A DNA stretch of 64,000 nt from an uncultured candidate division Zixibacteria bacterium (GTDB lineage Bacteria > Zixibacteria > MSB-5A5 > GN15 > FEB-12): NCBI GenBank assembly GCA_963664195.1, contig OY760907.1, positions 1,184,001 through 1,248,000 of the forward strand, written 5' to 3'. The position numbers and the translations under genes were made by a program. Of the stretch, positions 1 to 11,520 are shown one piece after another. The number at the start of each line of letters is the position of its first letter. Positions within the stretch are counted from its first letter, which is position 1. The notes beneath the pieces were generated by a model. That model searched no databases and was not told the DNA's origin. It saw nothing but the letters and a program-made list of their open reading frames with translations.

Positions 1-99
1 AAAAAAAGTGATAAAACAGTGATTAATAGAGGATTAGCGGAGTGTTTTGAACCGGAGACCCCAAGATCAGTCGAAAATGCGAAGGTCCTCCTGGCGCGC

Positions 100-1797
100 T
101 CACTCTACCTTGACGCCCGTGACGCCCTGGGAGTCGACACGCAGAACGCAGCCGGTAACTCTTGAGGCTGAATCAATCAGGAACTCAAGCGTCATGTCCG
201 AATCCGGTTGATAGAAAGCACGGTCGCTGTAGGGTACAATCCTCACCATACCCGTGCCGGCGGCCTCGGCAAACATGGCCCCCTCCGCACACACGATTAC
301 CAATTCAATGGGACTGCCGGGAGCGGTCTGCGTCTCCAGATGATACATGCCAGAGAAGGCTTCGCACATCGCGTCGGTGAGAGGAACCTGAGTGCTTGCC
401 TGCGAATACGACGTTGCCCCGTCGTCCTTCAATCGGGAACCGGTGTACTGCATCTCCTCGTCGATGAAAGTCAACCCCGCCACCCGTCCGGTACTGTCCC
501 GCGTGAACTCGTAGATAACGCTGTTATCGCGTTGCAGGAAAAACCGATCCACGGCCTCAGGTAACAACACCTGCAACTCGCGTCCGGGGCTGCGAAGTTT
601 CAGCGACTTTTCGCCTGCCCGCACAAGAAAGTGCGCGCCCGGTTCAAACAGGTAAACGCCCTCGTATTCCGCGAGAAGCGTACTGTCGATCAGCGACGGT
701 ATCCTGGTGGTCGGGAAGTTGTAAGGCGCGCCATACATCACGATCGCCGCCAATCCTCGCGCGATCTTTCCCACCGGCGCTCGATCCTCGTTGCTGAGCA
801 CCGCGACACAGAGACCCTCGTCGAGCCAGCGATCAAACGTGCAATTGAACCCGTCGAGAAAACCGCCGTGGTATGCCCGACGCGTGCCATGGCGCTCCTC
901 GATCACCCAGCCATAACCGTAGTTGCCAAAATTGGGGGTAAACATGGCAGCGCGGGATTGATCGTACAGCAAATCGTCATCGCCCAGTTCCCGATCCCAT
1001 TTCAGCAAGTCGTTGGTGGTCGAGTAGAGCGCACCGGCGGTATGCAGAATAGAGAAACTCATCGGCAGGGCGTCGGTGGGACCGCGCTCGATATCAAGCG
1101 TATAGCCATCGGCGCGGTCAGGAAGTCCCGCCTCGCGACGCGCATACCCGGTATTAATCATTCTTGCTGGTTTCAGGATATTCTTATGTAGAAAGGCCTC
1201 AAACGACTGTCCGGAAACAGCCTCGACGATAGCCCCCAACAATATGTAATTCGAGTTACTATACGCAAATGCCGTTCCCGGTTCAAACAACAGCGGACGG
1301 TCTTTAAACAGGTCGATCAATGACGCCGGCGATATCCAGTGCGTGCGACTGATTATCACCTGCGGATCATCGGTATAGTTCGGAATGCCGGAGGTATGAC
1401 TGAGCAGGTTATGCACGGTCACGCGGTCACCGGTTTCGGCGGGATAATCTGGGAGGTACTTCGTTATGGGGGCTTGGAGATCGAGGCGTCCTTTGTCCTG
1501 AAGCATGAGTACCGCGGAGGCAGTGAACTGCTTGGTAATTGAGCCGATGAAGAATTTCGTGTCGGGCGTGTTTGGTTCCTCGAAGTCCCGGTTGGCATAC
1601 CCATACCCCTTGTTGAGCAATGCCTTGCCGTCTTTGGCCACCAGCACCGCCCCCTGGAACTGCCAGTGTTTTTCCGCAGCATCAAGATAATCCGCAAGTT
1701 TATCCTCGACACCTGCCGACACTTCAGCACACTCAAACAGACAGGCGGTAGTAATGAGTAGCCACAGACAGATTGCTTTCAACGACACAAACAACAT
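100..1797 (-). CDS. Secreted serine hydrolase, beta-lactamase class C/PBP-like family, with C-terminal DUF3471-like domains
   Basis: Signal peptide; SxxK (GSITK), YxN (YSNSNY), LLSHTSG and HGG motifs; repeated 'YEGVY..' / 'FSGMY..' C-terminal modules. Confidence 0.9.
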   Translation of the reverse strand: MLFVSLKAICLWLLITTACLFECAEVSAGVEDKLADYLDAAEKHWQFQGAVLVAKDGKALLNKGYGYANRDFEEPNTPDTKFFIGSITKQFTASAVLMLQDKGRLDLQAPITKYLPDYPAETGDRVTVHNLLSHTSGIPNYTDDPQVIISRTHWISPASLIDLFKDRPLLFEPGTAFAYSNSNYILLGAIVEAVSGQSFEAFLHKNILKPARMINTGYARREAGLPDRADGYTLDIERGPTDALPMSFSILHTAGALYSTTNDLLKWDRELGDDDLLYDQSRAAMFTPNFGNYGYGWVIEERHGTRRAYHGGFLDGFNCTFDRWLDEGLCVAVLSNEDRAPVGKIARGLAAIVMYGAPYNFPTTRIPSLIDSTLLAEYEGVYLFEPGAHFLVRAGEKSLKLRSPGRELQVLLPEAVDRFFLQRDNSVIYEFTRDSTGRVAGLTFIDEEMQYTGSRLKDDGATSYSQASTQVPLTDAMCEAFSGMYHLETQTAPGSPIELVIVCAEGAMFAEAAGTGMVRIVPYSDRAFYQPDSDMTLEFLIDSASRVTGCVLRVDSQGVTGVKVE

Positions 1798-2025
1798 GCA
1801 TACCGGAGTTTCGGGTTAATCTAATCGCGCAACTTGTACAACATAGCTGGATTGGATGACGATGCAATCTAAAGAGTGGAGCGAAACTCTCGAATGCGGA
1901 GAGTCGAGACTTCGTCGATCTTCGCGAGCCACCCTCAAGGTTTCCTTGAGGGTGCGCCTTCGTTCTTAGTGATTTACTCTCCCGCCAACCCCGTCACAAG
2001 ACCCAGGTTAAATCTTAGCCGATGG

Positions 2026-3249
2026 TTAGAGTCCCGATTCGTGTGCCTCGACCATCTCCCGCAACTCCGCTATCCTCTCGGTGAACACCGGTCCCATTTC
2101 GGTTGCGTTTTCGAAACGCTCCGCCCAATCAAGAGCGGTTGCGGCGTCATCGAAGCGTTCCGCTTTGATCAGTTCCTCCGCGTAGAATACGGCCGCTTCC
2201 GATACGTTTGGCGCAAGCCTCTTAGTGTACTTGATCCTCACCGGACTGCGGTCCCTATCGCTTACCCACGGCCCTTCGAAGGATTCAATATCGGCTCCTC
2301 CGATTGACTCACGTATCGCCGAAGTATCCCGCGCGTTCAAGGGCGGGGTGGCGTGCAGCAGGAAGTACGGTCCGCAATACTGCGCCCGATCGGACCAGTC
2401 TGAGTAGAAGGCGGGATCGACAGTCACCGCCGCAACCAGCGGTCGTCCGAAAGAATTCGTTTTAACCAACGACATCCAGTTGCGCAGAACCAATCGGGGA
2501 ATCTCCTGTGCGGCAGGGTTGACCGCGATCACCGAGTCAAGTTCGGGATCGTCAAACTCAAACGGCAGACCATGCTCGTTCCTGAGGAAGTCTCGATACT
2601 CCTCGATCACCAGCATTCCGATCTCCACGACGAGCACGTCGGGGCGAAACCCCTCCGCTTCCTGCACCGCCCTGAGCGGATACGTGTCCATATCGCCGTA
2701 AGTAATGAGCAATCCGTCCTCGGGCACTGTCCGCAGCAACCAGCGTCCAAACGAAAGCGCCGCCGGGGACAGGAATTCGGTTTCGTAGATATTCTGCATG
2801 GCGAGACTCTGCATCTCCGGCTCATCTCGCAGGATCGTTTCGCTCCAGAGACTTAGCCACGCGTTGCCATCGGTGGAATCACACATGACCGCCTGATGAA
2901 GCAACAGCCAGATGCTGTCCGTTTCGGAGCGGGGGGCCTCGAGCGGTTCGCGAAGGACTTCCGCAAGCACGACCAGCGCAAAACTGTTGCAGGCTTCTAC
3001 GTCCAGACTCATCTCCGCGGCTTTGACCGCTTCGTCCCGCATCCCCAGGCGACGGTAGGTCTCGGCGAGGTAGGCGTACGCCTCGGCGTTGTCATCAGAC
3101 TCGGCGACCGACGCTTCGAAAAGCGGTCGTGCGTCTTCGAGCTTGTAATCGTTGTAGAATGAAAGCGCCTGATCGAATTTGATCTGCCCCTGGTCGGCAC
3201 AACCGACAAGCATGAAAAGGATAGTTGCGAGAATGAGCCTGGTGATCAC
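2026..3249 (-). CDS. TPR lipoprotein with a DUF2723/TMEM260-like soluble domain
   Basis: GTG start at 3249 after GGAGG; lipobox LVGC; TPR-like helices; motif LITYGDMDTYPL..QEAEGFRPDV resembles the DUF2723 C-terminal region. Confidence 0.65.
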   Translation of the reverse strand: MITRLILATILFMLVGCADQGQIKFDQALSFYNDYKLEDARPLFEASVAESDDNAEAYAYLAETYRRLGMRDEAVKAAEMSLDVEACNSFALVVLAEVLREPLEAPRSETDSIWLLLHQAVMCDSTDGNAWLSLWSETILRDEPEMQSLAMQNIYETEFLSPAALSFGRWLLRTVPEDGLLITYGDMDTYPLRAVQEAEGFRPDVLVVEIGMLVIEEYRDFLRNEHGLPFEFDDPELDSVIAVNPAAQEIPRLVLRNWMSLVKTNSFGRPLVAAVTVDPAFYSDWSDRAQYCGPYFLLHATPPLNARDTSAIRESIGGADIESFEGPWVSDRDRSPVRIKYTKRLAPNVSEAAVFYAEELIKAERFDDAATALDWAERFENATEMGPVFTERIAELREMVEAHESGL

Positions 3250-3391
3250 AAACAGAAACCTCCGAATATGGAACGATAAACCTGCGAATACAGCATATAC
3301 GGAATCTGTACTACGAAGTTGTGGGCGGCAGATGACAATCTGCCCCAGCCTCACGTTCTACAGCACGGCCTCTTGTCGAAGTATCAGTTCG

Positions 3392-5305
3392 TCAAGCCGG
3401 GCGAGAGATCGGCAGGTCTCCGAGATTCTGGGCCGCGTCTGGCTGGAGCTTCTGCCCCCGCTTGCGCTGGTCGGAATCCAGAATCGCCTTGCGCATCCGA
3501 ATCGCTTTCGGAGTCACTTCGACCAGTTCGTCGGCGGCAATCCACTCCATCGCCTGCTCAAGAGTCATCTTCCGGGGCACCGCGAGCGTGACACCGATAT
3601 CTTTGGTCGAAGACCGATGGTTGGTCAGATGCTTGCGTTTGGTCGGGTTGCACGGTAGGTCTTTCGGACGCGAATTTTCGCCGACAATCTGTCCGCCGTA
3701 CACGCGTTCGGTCGGGTCGACAAAAATGACTGACCGCTCCTGCAGGCCTTCGATTGCGTAGGCCGTCGCCGGGCCGGTGTCCATGCTGATGACAGATCCT
3801 CGGTTGCGCTTGGCAACCTCTCCCCGCCAGGAGCCGTAGCCGATGAAGCGCGAGGACATGATTCCCAGACCGCGCGTGTCGGTAAGGAATTCCGAACGAT
3901 ACCCGATCAGACCGCGGGTAGGAATCTCAAACTCAATCCTGATCACGTTGGTGCCGGCGTTTTCGATTGTAAGCAGTTCGCCCTTTCTTGTCGCCAGTTT
4001 TTCGATAATGATCCCCTGGTAATCCTCGGGGACGTCGATAATCAACTGCTCGATCGGCTCAAGCGTTTTGCCGTTTTCGTCTTCACGAGTAATGACCTCG
4101 GGGCGGGAGATGCAAAATTCCAGACCTTCGCGACGCATCTCTTCGATCAATATGGCCAAATGAAGCTCACCGCGACCGGAGACTTTGACGCCATCGGAGC
4201 GACCGAGGTCTTCCATCCGCATGGCGACGTTGGTTCGCATCTCACGGCGGAGCCGGTCTTTCAACTGACGAAGCTGGATCGCGGTGCCGTCCTGTCCGGA
4301 GAACGGGCCGGTGTTGACGAGGAAGAACATCGACATGGTCGGCTCTTCGATCTCCAACGGCTTAAGGCCCTCGGTGGGATCCTCTTCTGCCGAGAACGTA
4401 TCCCCGATGCCGATTTCACGCGGTCCGGCGAACCAGACGATATCACCGGCGCTGACCTCTTCTGTTTCAGCCCTCTTGAGTCCGCGCGTCACCCAGAGAT
4501 GTACGCATTTCTCCCTCGACATGCCGGTCGGTTCCCAACCGGCACTCTGGTCCGAGTCGTCGTTCAATTGTGTGACAATTCGAGAGAATTCGTCCCCCTT
4601 CTTCAGAGTGCCGCTCAGGACCCGACCGCAACCGATCTGACCGATATAGTCGCTCCACGCGAGCGTGCTTACCTGCATCAGAAACGGACCGTCCTGGTCG
4701 ACCTGCGGCGGGGGAACTTCCTCAATCACCGTGTCAAGCAACGCGTCCATGCCTTCGTGCTTTTCCTTATCGAGATCTCGAACGAACCAACCGTCGAGGC
4801 CGGAGCCGTACAGCACCGGGAACTGCGCCTGCTCCTCGTTGGCACCCAAATCAATAAACAGATCAAACGTTTTGTTCAGAGCGTAATCGGGACGGGCGTT
4901 GGGGCGGTCTACCTTATTGATAATGACAATCGGGCGAAGGCCGAGTTTCAGCGCACGCATCAGCACGTATCGCGTCTGCGGCATGGGGCCTTCGTTGGCG
5001 TCGACCAGAAGCAGCACCGAGTCGACCATCGACAGCACACGCTCGACCTCGCCGGAGAAATCCGCATGGCCGGGGGTATCGATGATATTGATCAGATGGT
5101 CTTTCCAAGTGACCGTGCACTGCTTGGAGCGGATCGTAATTCCCCGTTCCCGTTCGAGATCGTTGTTATCCATGAGGCGTTCTGCCACCTGCTCGTTATC
5201 GCGGAATAACCGGGCAGCGCGAAACACGGAATCGATGAGAGTTGTTTTTCCGTGGTCGATATGGGCGATAATCGCCAGGTTGCGAATGCGATCTGCAGGT
5301 GTCAT
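3392..5305 (-). CDS. typA: Translational GTPase TypA/BipA
   Basis: IRNLAIIAHIDHGKTT, RERGITI, DTPGHADF, NKVD, GRGELHL and TRGLIG motifs; start reassigned to MTPADRIRN. Confidence 0.97.
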   Translation of the reverse strand: MTPADRIRNLAIIAHIDHGKTTLIDSVFRAARLFRDNEQVAERLMDNNDLERERGITIRSKQCTVTWKDHLINIIDTPGHADFSGEVERVLSMVDSVLLLVDANEGPMPQTRYVLMRALKLGLRPIVIINKVDRPNARPDYALNKTFDLFIDLGANEEQAQFPVLYGSGLDGWFVRDLDKEKHEGMDALLDTVIEEVPPPQVDQDGPFLMQVSTLAWSDYIGQIGCGRVLSGTLKKGDEFSRIVTQLNDDSDQSAGWEPTGMSREKCVHLWVTRGLKRAETEEVSAGDIVWFAGPREIGIGDTFSAEEDPTEGLKPLEIEEPTMSMFFLVNTGPFSGQDGTAIQLRQLKDRLRREMRTNVAMRMEDLGRSDGVKVSGRGELHLAILIEEMRREGLEFCISRPEVITREDENGKTLEPIEQLIIDVPEDYQGIIIEKLATRKGELLTIENAGTNVIRIEFEIPTRGLIGYRSEFLTDTRGLGIMSSRFIGYGSWRGEVAKRNRGSVISMDTGPATAYAIEGLQERSVIFVDPTERVYGGQIVGENSRPKDLPCNPTKRKHLTNHRSSTKDIGVTLAVPRKMTLEQAMEWIAADELVEVTPKAIRMRKAILDSDQRKRGQKLQPDAAQNLGDLPISRPA

Positions 5306-5757
5306 TTGGCGAACAAACCTCTCATGGCGCGGACATCTTTCCGCGTCTTTAACGTTACTGACCAAACCTTTTTCAGAGGGAAGATCAGGCAAAAGGAAGC
5401 CCGGTTCGGCCAGGTGCCGTCCGGGCATTCTCAAACGGGCCAAAGTATACACGAAAAGTTCGATTTCTCCAAGGGGTTTCTTGTGGCAAAGGCACCGGAA
5501 ATCGCAGGAAAGAACGTCGACGGCTCCAATCTGCCGAATAATCAGGGCATATCTCTCGACTTCAGTGTTTTTCCAACACCTGAGACAGCTATTAATCCCG
5601 GCTCTAGGTTCGATCAAGGCAATTATACGTAGCCGGATGAGAGGTTGAGGAGCTATAATAGATAACTGAAGCTGACTGCCGGAGAAGATCGAAGTGTTAC
5701 AGGCAGGAAGCTAAACGCTATTTCGTAGGTAAACGACTCGGACTACATGATAGAAAT

Positions 5758-6915
<1,158 letters not shown>

Positions 6916-7173
6916 GATTCGTCGAAACCAACACTACCATGTGGCCCTGCGGCTTCGACAGTTAAATGTCAGTTTTGTGGGTCGAAAATTCCCGCGGGTT
7001 CGACAATCCAATATCAACACCGCGGAGGTCCTGACCTACATCTACCACTGTCAGGACAAGTGCGGTTCGTCGGGGGCGCATCAACATCACCAGCAAGTCC
7101 GTATCGAATATATTCGTGTGATTTGACCCCAAAATCAGGTATATTTTAGCAGTAACTGGTTTTCGAGAGAATC

Positions 7174-9702
7174 ATGAGCAATACGCACAACAACAACGCC
7201 GGACGGTTTGCTATACATCTGGTCATATTCCTGGCCGGGTTTTCGTTCCTGCTCTACGAGGTCTCCTGGAACCGTCTGCTCTCGCTCGTACTCGGGGCAA
7301 CCGTCACCGCCTCAACCATCGTTCTCGCCACCTTCATGGCTGGCTTTGGCACCGGCGCATGGTACTGGGGCAGAGCGGCCGAAAAACGAGAGAAACCCGG
7401 CCGACAGCTGGCAACGCTGTTTGCAGGCATCGGTGTCTCCAGCGCTCTCAATTATTTTCTGATCAAAGCTGTGGTACCGTGGCTCTACGCTTCGCTGTTC
7501 GGAAACGGGATGTCGACGGACCTCGCCGAAGTTCTCGTGTTTGTGATCACCGCCGGTTTCCTGTTCATTCCGGCCTTCATGATCGGTGGCATCTTCCCAA
7601 CCGCCAGCAAAATCGCCGTGCGCTCCGACGACGAGATCGCCCACACACTTGGGCACCTGTACGCCTTAGACACCCTCGGCAGTACCATCGGCGGACTAAC
7701 GACCGGTTTCCTGCTGCTGGGCACGCTCGGTCAGATGAACACCGTTATGCTGGCAGTAGCGATAAACCTGATTCTCGGCGTTTGGATCTATATGGCAAGG
7801 CCTTTCGACAAATCGGCACAACCGATGGAAGTAGATGAGAATGCAGGCACCAATCGCAAGGGGCGCAAAATCCCCTACTCCAGACGTGAACACCTTAGAC
7901 AGGTTGCGCTGATCGGTACATTCGTGTGCGGTTTCGCCATTCTCAGTTTGCAGGTCTACTGGATACGGATGTTCCGTATTTACCTGACCAATACCAGCTA
8001 CACGTTTGCGCTTGTTGCCTCGCTGGTGATTCTCGGGTTGTTTGTCGGCAGCACGCTGTTCAAACGGCGGCAGTCTGAGACACACTACCGCCGCTCCATG
8101 TATCGCGTGCTGATTTCCATGTGTGTCGCTGCGACTCTGGGGCTGGTGTTGTTGATATTCCTGCCTGAAGTCCTTCTCTTTCCCTTCCTGGGAACGCTGT
8201 CTGATCCAATCGTGCGCGTGTTTGTCATGCCGATTGTTGCCTCGGTTCTGATCGTTTTTCCGCCAGCTGTTTTCTCCGGCTTCGCTCTTCCGCTTGCCTG
8301 CAGGATGTACACCGCCGGCAAGGAGAGTATCAGCGGTGATGTCGGCTTTGTGCTGATGATCAACACCATCGGATCCGTAGTCGGTCCTATTGTCGCGGCA
8401 TTCGTCCTGCTCCCATTGCTGGGCGCTGCTGTCGCCGTATTGACTGCCGTCTTGCTGCTGATGGTGGCTGCCATTTTCGTACTCAGCCGATGCCCCTCTG
8501 CGCATTCACTGAGGCCGGTGCAATTGGGCTTGTTCGTCACAGCCCTCGGCCTTGTGGTCTTGATTGCTGCTGAACCGGAGATCCGAATTCTCCCCCCTTC
8601 GTTCAGCCGGTTTGATCGCGACATTCTTTTCTATCGTGAATCGGTCGAGGGAACCCTCACCGTCGGACAGGACAGACACACGCGGACGCGATCCAAATCC
8701 ACGTTCGTCAACAACGCCTCGGTGATCGGCTCGACCTATGATGCCATCAAAATAGTCAAAATGGTCGGGCACTTCCCGTTCTTCTTCGGGGCCGGCTGCA
8801 AAGATGTTCTGGTGATCGGTTTTGGCATCGGCGTGACTACCTCTGCAATCGCACAGCACCCGGAAGTACAGTCAATCGAGTGTGTGGAGTTGGTCGAGGG
8901 GCTCAAAGATGCCGCTGTTTTCTACAAAGACCTTAATCGCAATATTGTGAACGACCCGCGGCTGAATATCATCCCGGGCGATGGCCGACATTACCTGCAA
9001 TTGTCATCGAAGAAATACGATCTGATTTCCTGTGACCCGACTCATCCCATTCTCGGTTCGGGCAATCTATACACCAGCGACTATTTCGCGCTTTGCCGTG
9101 AGCACCTCAATCCGGGTGGCATGGTCTCGCAGTTTCTGCCGCTGCACAAACTTCGGACCAAAGAGCTGATGGGGATTGTCCATACCTTCCACGAAGCGTT
9201 CCCTCACAGTACGGTCTGGCTCGGACACACGTACGCGATGCTGCTCGGTTCAACGGAGCCACTTGAAGTTGATTTCAAGGATTGGGAGGCGGAGGTCGCG
9301 ACTGTCGGACAGGACATGTATTTCTATGTCGATGCCTACCATCTCGCTGCAACGCTGGCGCTCGATGGTGCTGCGATCGAGCGGTTGACTGCAGACAGCA
9401 AGTCCAACACCGATGATCTTTCCTACACCGAGTTTTTTGCGCCCTCCTGTTTGTATGTCGAAAACACAGCGAAGAATCTCAGCTACTTGATGCAGAATCG
9501 AACCGATGTCAACGACGTCTTCCTGAACGTTCCGGACACGGCCAGGATGACCCGCTATGTGGAAGGCAATCGACTGCTCACGGAAGCACTGTACCAGAGA
9601 CTTGAGGGTAATAATCAGGAAGGTTTGAAGTTACTCCGCATGGCAGGAATGGCCAATTCCGAAGATCAGGAGATCCCATTCCTTGTGCGGTTGTGGTATT
9701 AG
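7174..9702 (+). CDS. Fused membrane domain / spermidine synthase-like SAM-binding protein
   Basis: About 13 hydrophobic segments followed by VLVIGFGIGVT, VELV, GDGRHYL, YDLISCDP and LNPGG. Confidence 0.88.
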   Translation: MSNTHNNNAGRFAIHLVIFLAGFSFLLYEVSWNRLLSLVLGATVTASTIVLATFMAGFGTGAWYWGRAAEKREKPGRQLATLFAGIGVSSALNYFLIKAVVPWLYASLFGNGMSTDLAEVLVFVITAGFLFIPAFMIGGIFPTASKIAVRSDDEIAHTLGHLYALDTLGSTIGGLTTGFLLLGTLGQMNTVMLAVAINLILGVWIYMARPFDKSAQPMEVDENAGTNRKGRKIPYSRREHLRQVALIGTFVCGFAILSLQVYWIRMFRIYLTNTSYTFALVASLVILGLFVGSTLFKRRQSETHYRRSMYRVLISMCVAATLGLVLLIFLPEVLLFPFLGTLSDPIVRVFVMPIVASVLIVFPPAVFSGFALPLACRMYTAGKESISGDVGFVLMINTIGSVVGPIVAAFVLLPLLGAAVAVLTAVLLLMVAAIFVLSRCPSAHSLRPVQLGLFVTALGLVVLIAAEPEIRILPPSFSRFDRDILFYRESVEGTLTVGQDRHTRTRSKSTFVNNASVIGSTYDAIKIVKMVGHFPFFFGAGCKDVLVIGFGIGVTTSAIAQHPEVQSIECVELVEGLKDAAVFYKDLNRNIVNDPRLNIIPGDGRHYLQLSSKKYDLISCDPTHPILGSGNLYTSDYFALCREHLNPGGMVSQFLPLHKLRTKELMGIVHTFHEAFPHSTVWLGHTYAMLLGSTEPLEVDFKDWEAEVATVGQDMYFYVDAYHLAATLALDGAAIERLTADSKSNTDDLSYTEFFAPSCLYVENTAKNLSYLMQNRTDVNDVFLNVPDTARMTRYVEGNRLLTEALYQRLEGNNQEGLKLLRMAGMANSEDQEIPFLVRLWY

Positions 9703-9741
9703 GACTGCCTTAGCAGTTGGCAATTGACGTTCAGGAACAAC

Positions 9742-11331
9742 TCACTTGTGTGATGTGAAGTAGCCAAGAATGCGCCAGTAGGGCTTGCAAAGATAGTAGT
9801 TGTCTGCACTCGCACTACGAGCGAGTGCCTTGAGAAGGGAGTATATGCTCTTGTCGTACTCTACTGCTCGAACAAAGCAATTCCCCTGTTCGATATCAGT
9901 GGCATCAAATAGTAGCTCCAAAGCGGGATGAGCGTCGATCATTGCACGAGCACGCCAGATGAAACGGGGCATATTCTCCAGTAGCACTCGCCTCTTGGTC
10001 TGCTCTGTAAGTTGCGCATCAGTTCGCATGTTTGCTTTTAGATCGTTCACCGAAGTCAGATAGATGTCCCACTCAAAAGGAGACGGGAGAGAAGCTGGGG
10101 CGCTTGGTCCAAAAATGGCTTCACGCATAAATTTGTCAAAGCTGGTAACAAGGGACCGGATGAACTCAAACCGAATACGGATTTTGGGGTACAGAGGGAT
10201 AAGGTGAAACCGCGGTACTGCTCGCATGCTTCCTACAATCCCGTCCTCACCCTTCCATGATGTATAGAGCGAGTTCCATTTGACTACCCGATTGCCCTGC
10301 TTCTCTGTCACTTGGATGCCATCCAGTAGCATCCTCGCAAAGGGCCCCACTTGGTCATCGTGAACGTACAGCTTATCGATTCTGGTGGCCCTCAACTTGA
10401 ATCTGTGCGGTCCATAAGGCTGCGCAGATGTCCTGCCCAGACTAAATCCAGTAACAGCAACCGCGTGCCCCCCGCGGTGTACCGCATAACGTTGGGCGGA
10501 AACATCATACAATGATACGTTCAGCAACAGAGGGACTCCAGCGCGCAAATACGCGTATACTGAACCTGTCAAATTGAATTGGTCTTGTGCATTAGTGTAA
10601 TCTGCTTCCAAGCCCAATTGCCGAATGGCAGATATTTCCTGACGACCAGTCAGACCTCGAGACGGAAGAATGCCGGGGACTGCTTCCTCCGGAATCTGCG
10701 TAGCCATCTGTGTTATTTCAACAGGCGACGGAATATTGTGTTGAAACAACTTGCCGGTCCCCTGAAAGACAGTCCACAGGGCACTTGTTGCACAAGCAGA
10801 AGCACCCCGGTCCTGTTCCTGAAATCCTAAGGTCTCGTTGACATGCAGATTCAGACCAAATAGCCCAACTGGGTAGCTGCGAAGCGTCGGATAGTAGCGT
10901 CGTCCATTGTCAGAAGCATATGTCCTTAGACATGTCTTTCCGATGAAGGTCTTGGGTAACCTCTTGACTACAACGAATCCCAAGTAGGATTTCTGTAAAT
11001 CCGCTTCTCGTAACGCCCGCCCCCTGCCTTTGATGGTGTACTCGAATTGCTTGGGAGTGAACGGTCGATCAAAGAAGTGTAACCTCGTGCAGGAACTTCC
11101 GTATTTCCCAAAGCAGCGAACGTAGAACCCCGCATAATCTTCCATATAGTCGCGATCAACATAGTCGTTTTCCACTAGGATCGTTGCCGCGCCAAGATGC
11201 TTGAAATAGTGTTCGAAATAAAGCGTATGTAGTTTCCCATCTACGACTGTGGGAAGTGCCCCCGATTTGACCGCAAGGATCGTCTTAAGTGTCTGTATAC
11301 TGTAGGCGCGAATTTCGTACGGACGTGCCAT
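9742..11331 (-). CDS. Uncharacterised protein with a papain-like (C39-like) Cys-His-Asp core
   Basis: FQEQD..SACATSALW (Cys), GHAVAVTG (His), YVHDDQVGP (Asp); 529-aa ORF with lower GC than its flanks. Confidence 0.7.
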   Translation of the reverse strand: MARPYEIRAYSIQTLKTILAVKSGALPTVVDGKLHTLYFEHYFKHLGAATILVENDYVDRDYMEDYAGFYVRCFGKYGSSCTRLHFFDRPFTPKQFEYTIKGRGRALREADLQKSYLGFVVVKRLPKTFIGKTCLRTYASDNGRRYYPTLRSYPVGLFGLNLHVNETLGFQEQDRGASACATSALWTVFQGTGKLFQHNIPSPVEITQMATQIPEEAVPGILPSRGLTGRQEISAIRQLGLEADYTNAQDQFNLTGSVYAYLRAGVPLLLNVSLYDVSAQRYAVHRGGHAVAVTGFSLGRTSAQPYGPHRFKLRATRIDKLYVHDDQVGPFARMLLDGIQVTEKQGNRVVKWNSLYTSWKGEDGIVGSMRAVPRFHLIPLYPKIRIRFEFIRSLVTSFDKFMREAIFGPSAPASLPSPFEWDIYLTSVNDLKANMRTDAQLTEQTKRRVLLENMPRFIWRARAMIDAHPALELLFDATDIEQGNCFVRAVEYDKSIYSLLKALARSASADNYYLCKPYWRILGYFTSHK

Positions 11332-11340
11332 GAGTCGGTC

Positions 11341-11520
11341 TTACAGCGTGGCCGGCTCATCTAATATCTTAGGATCCAGAGCGCTATCACGTCGAAGTTT
11401 CTCTAGCGCTTCGTCTAACTGCTTGTCAGTTTTCTCAACCGACTTCTGCCACTTGTCCGTCTTCATTTTGGCAGGAACCGTCTTCTCGGCCCGCTGTATC
11501 TTCTTCTTGAAATCAGTCAC
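11341..11520 (-). CDS. Unannotated 59-aa Lys/Glu-rich small protein (MTDFKKKIQRAEK...DPKILDEPATL)
   Basis: GGAGG RBS 5 nt before GTG at 11520; open frame to TAA at 11341-11343; ends 9 nt before the ATG of the next gene; below the ORF-track cutoff. Confidence 0.75.
   Translation of the reverse strand: MTDFKKKIQRAEKTVPAKMKTDKWQKSVEKTDKQLDEALEKLRRDSALDPKILDEPATL

Noticed and set aside
1935..1955. Hairpin ACCCTCAAGG-ttt-CCTTGAGGGT as an ncRNA
   Set aside because: A single hairpin downstream of the TPR gene, most simply a terminator-like element
5306..5617. 104-aa N-terminal extension of TypA in the ORF track
   Set aside because: TypA homology starts at MTPADRIRN; the upstream part looks like promoter/UTR sequence
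4160..5648. Long plus-strand ORFs opposite typA (similar ones lie opposite katG, GNAT and the spermidine synthase fusion)
   Set aside because: Antisense shadows of GC-rich coding genes with no recognisable motifs
7174..9702. Spermidine synthase fusion as the partner of the SAMDC-like operon
   Set aside because: It is 21 kb away and belongs to a widespread membrane-fused family; no evidence of linkage
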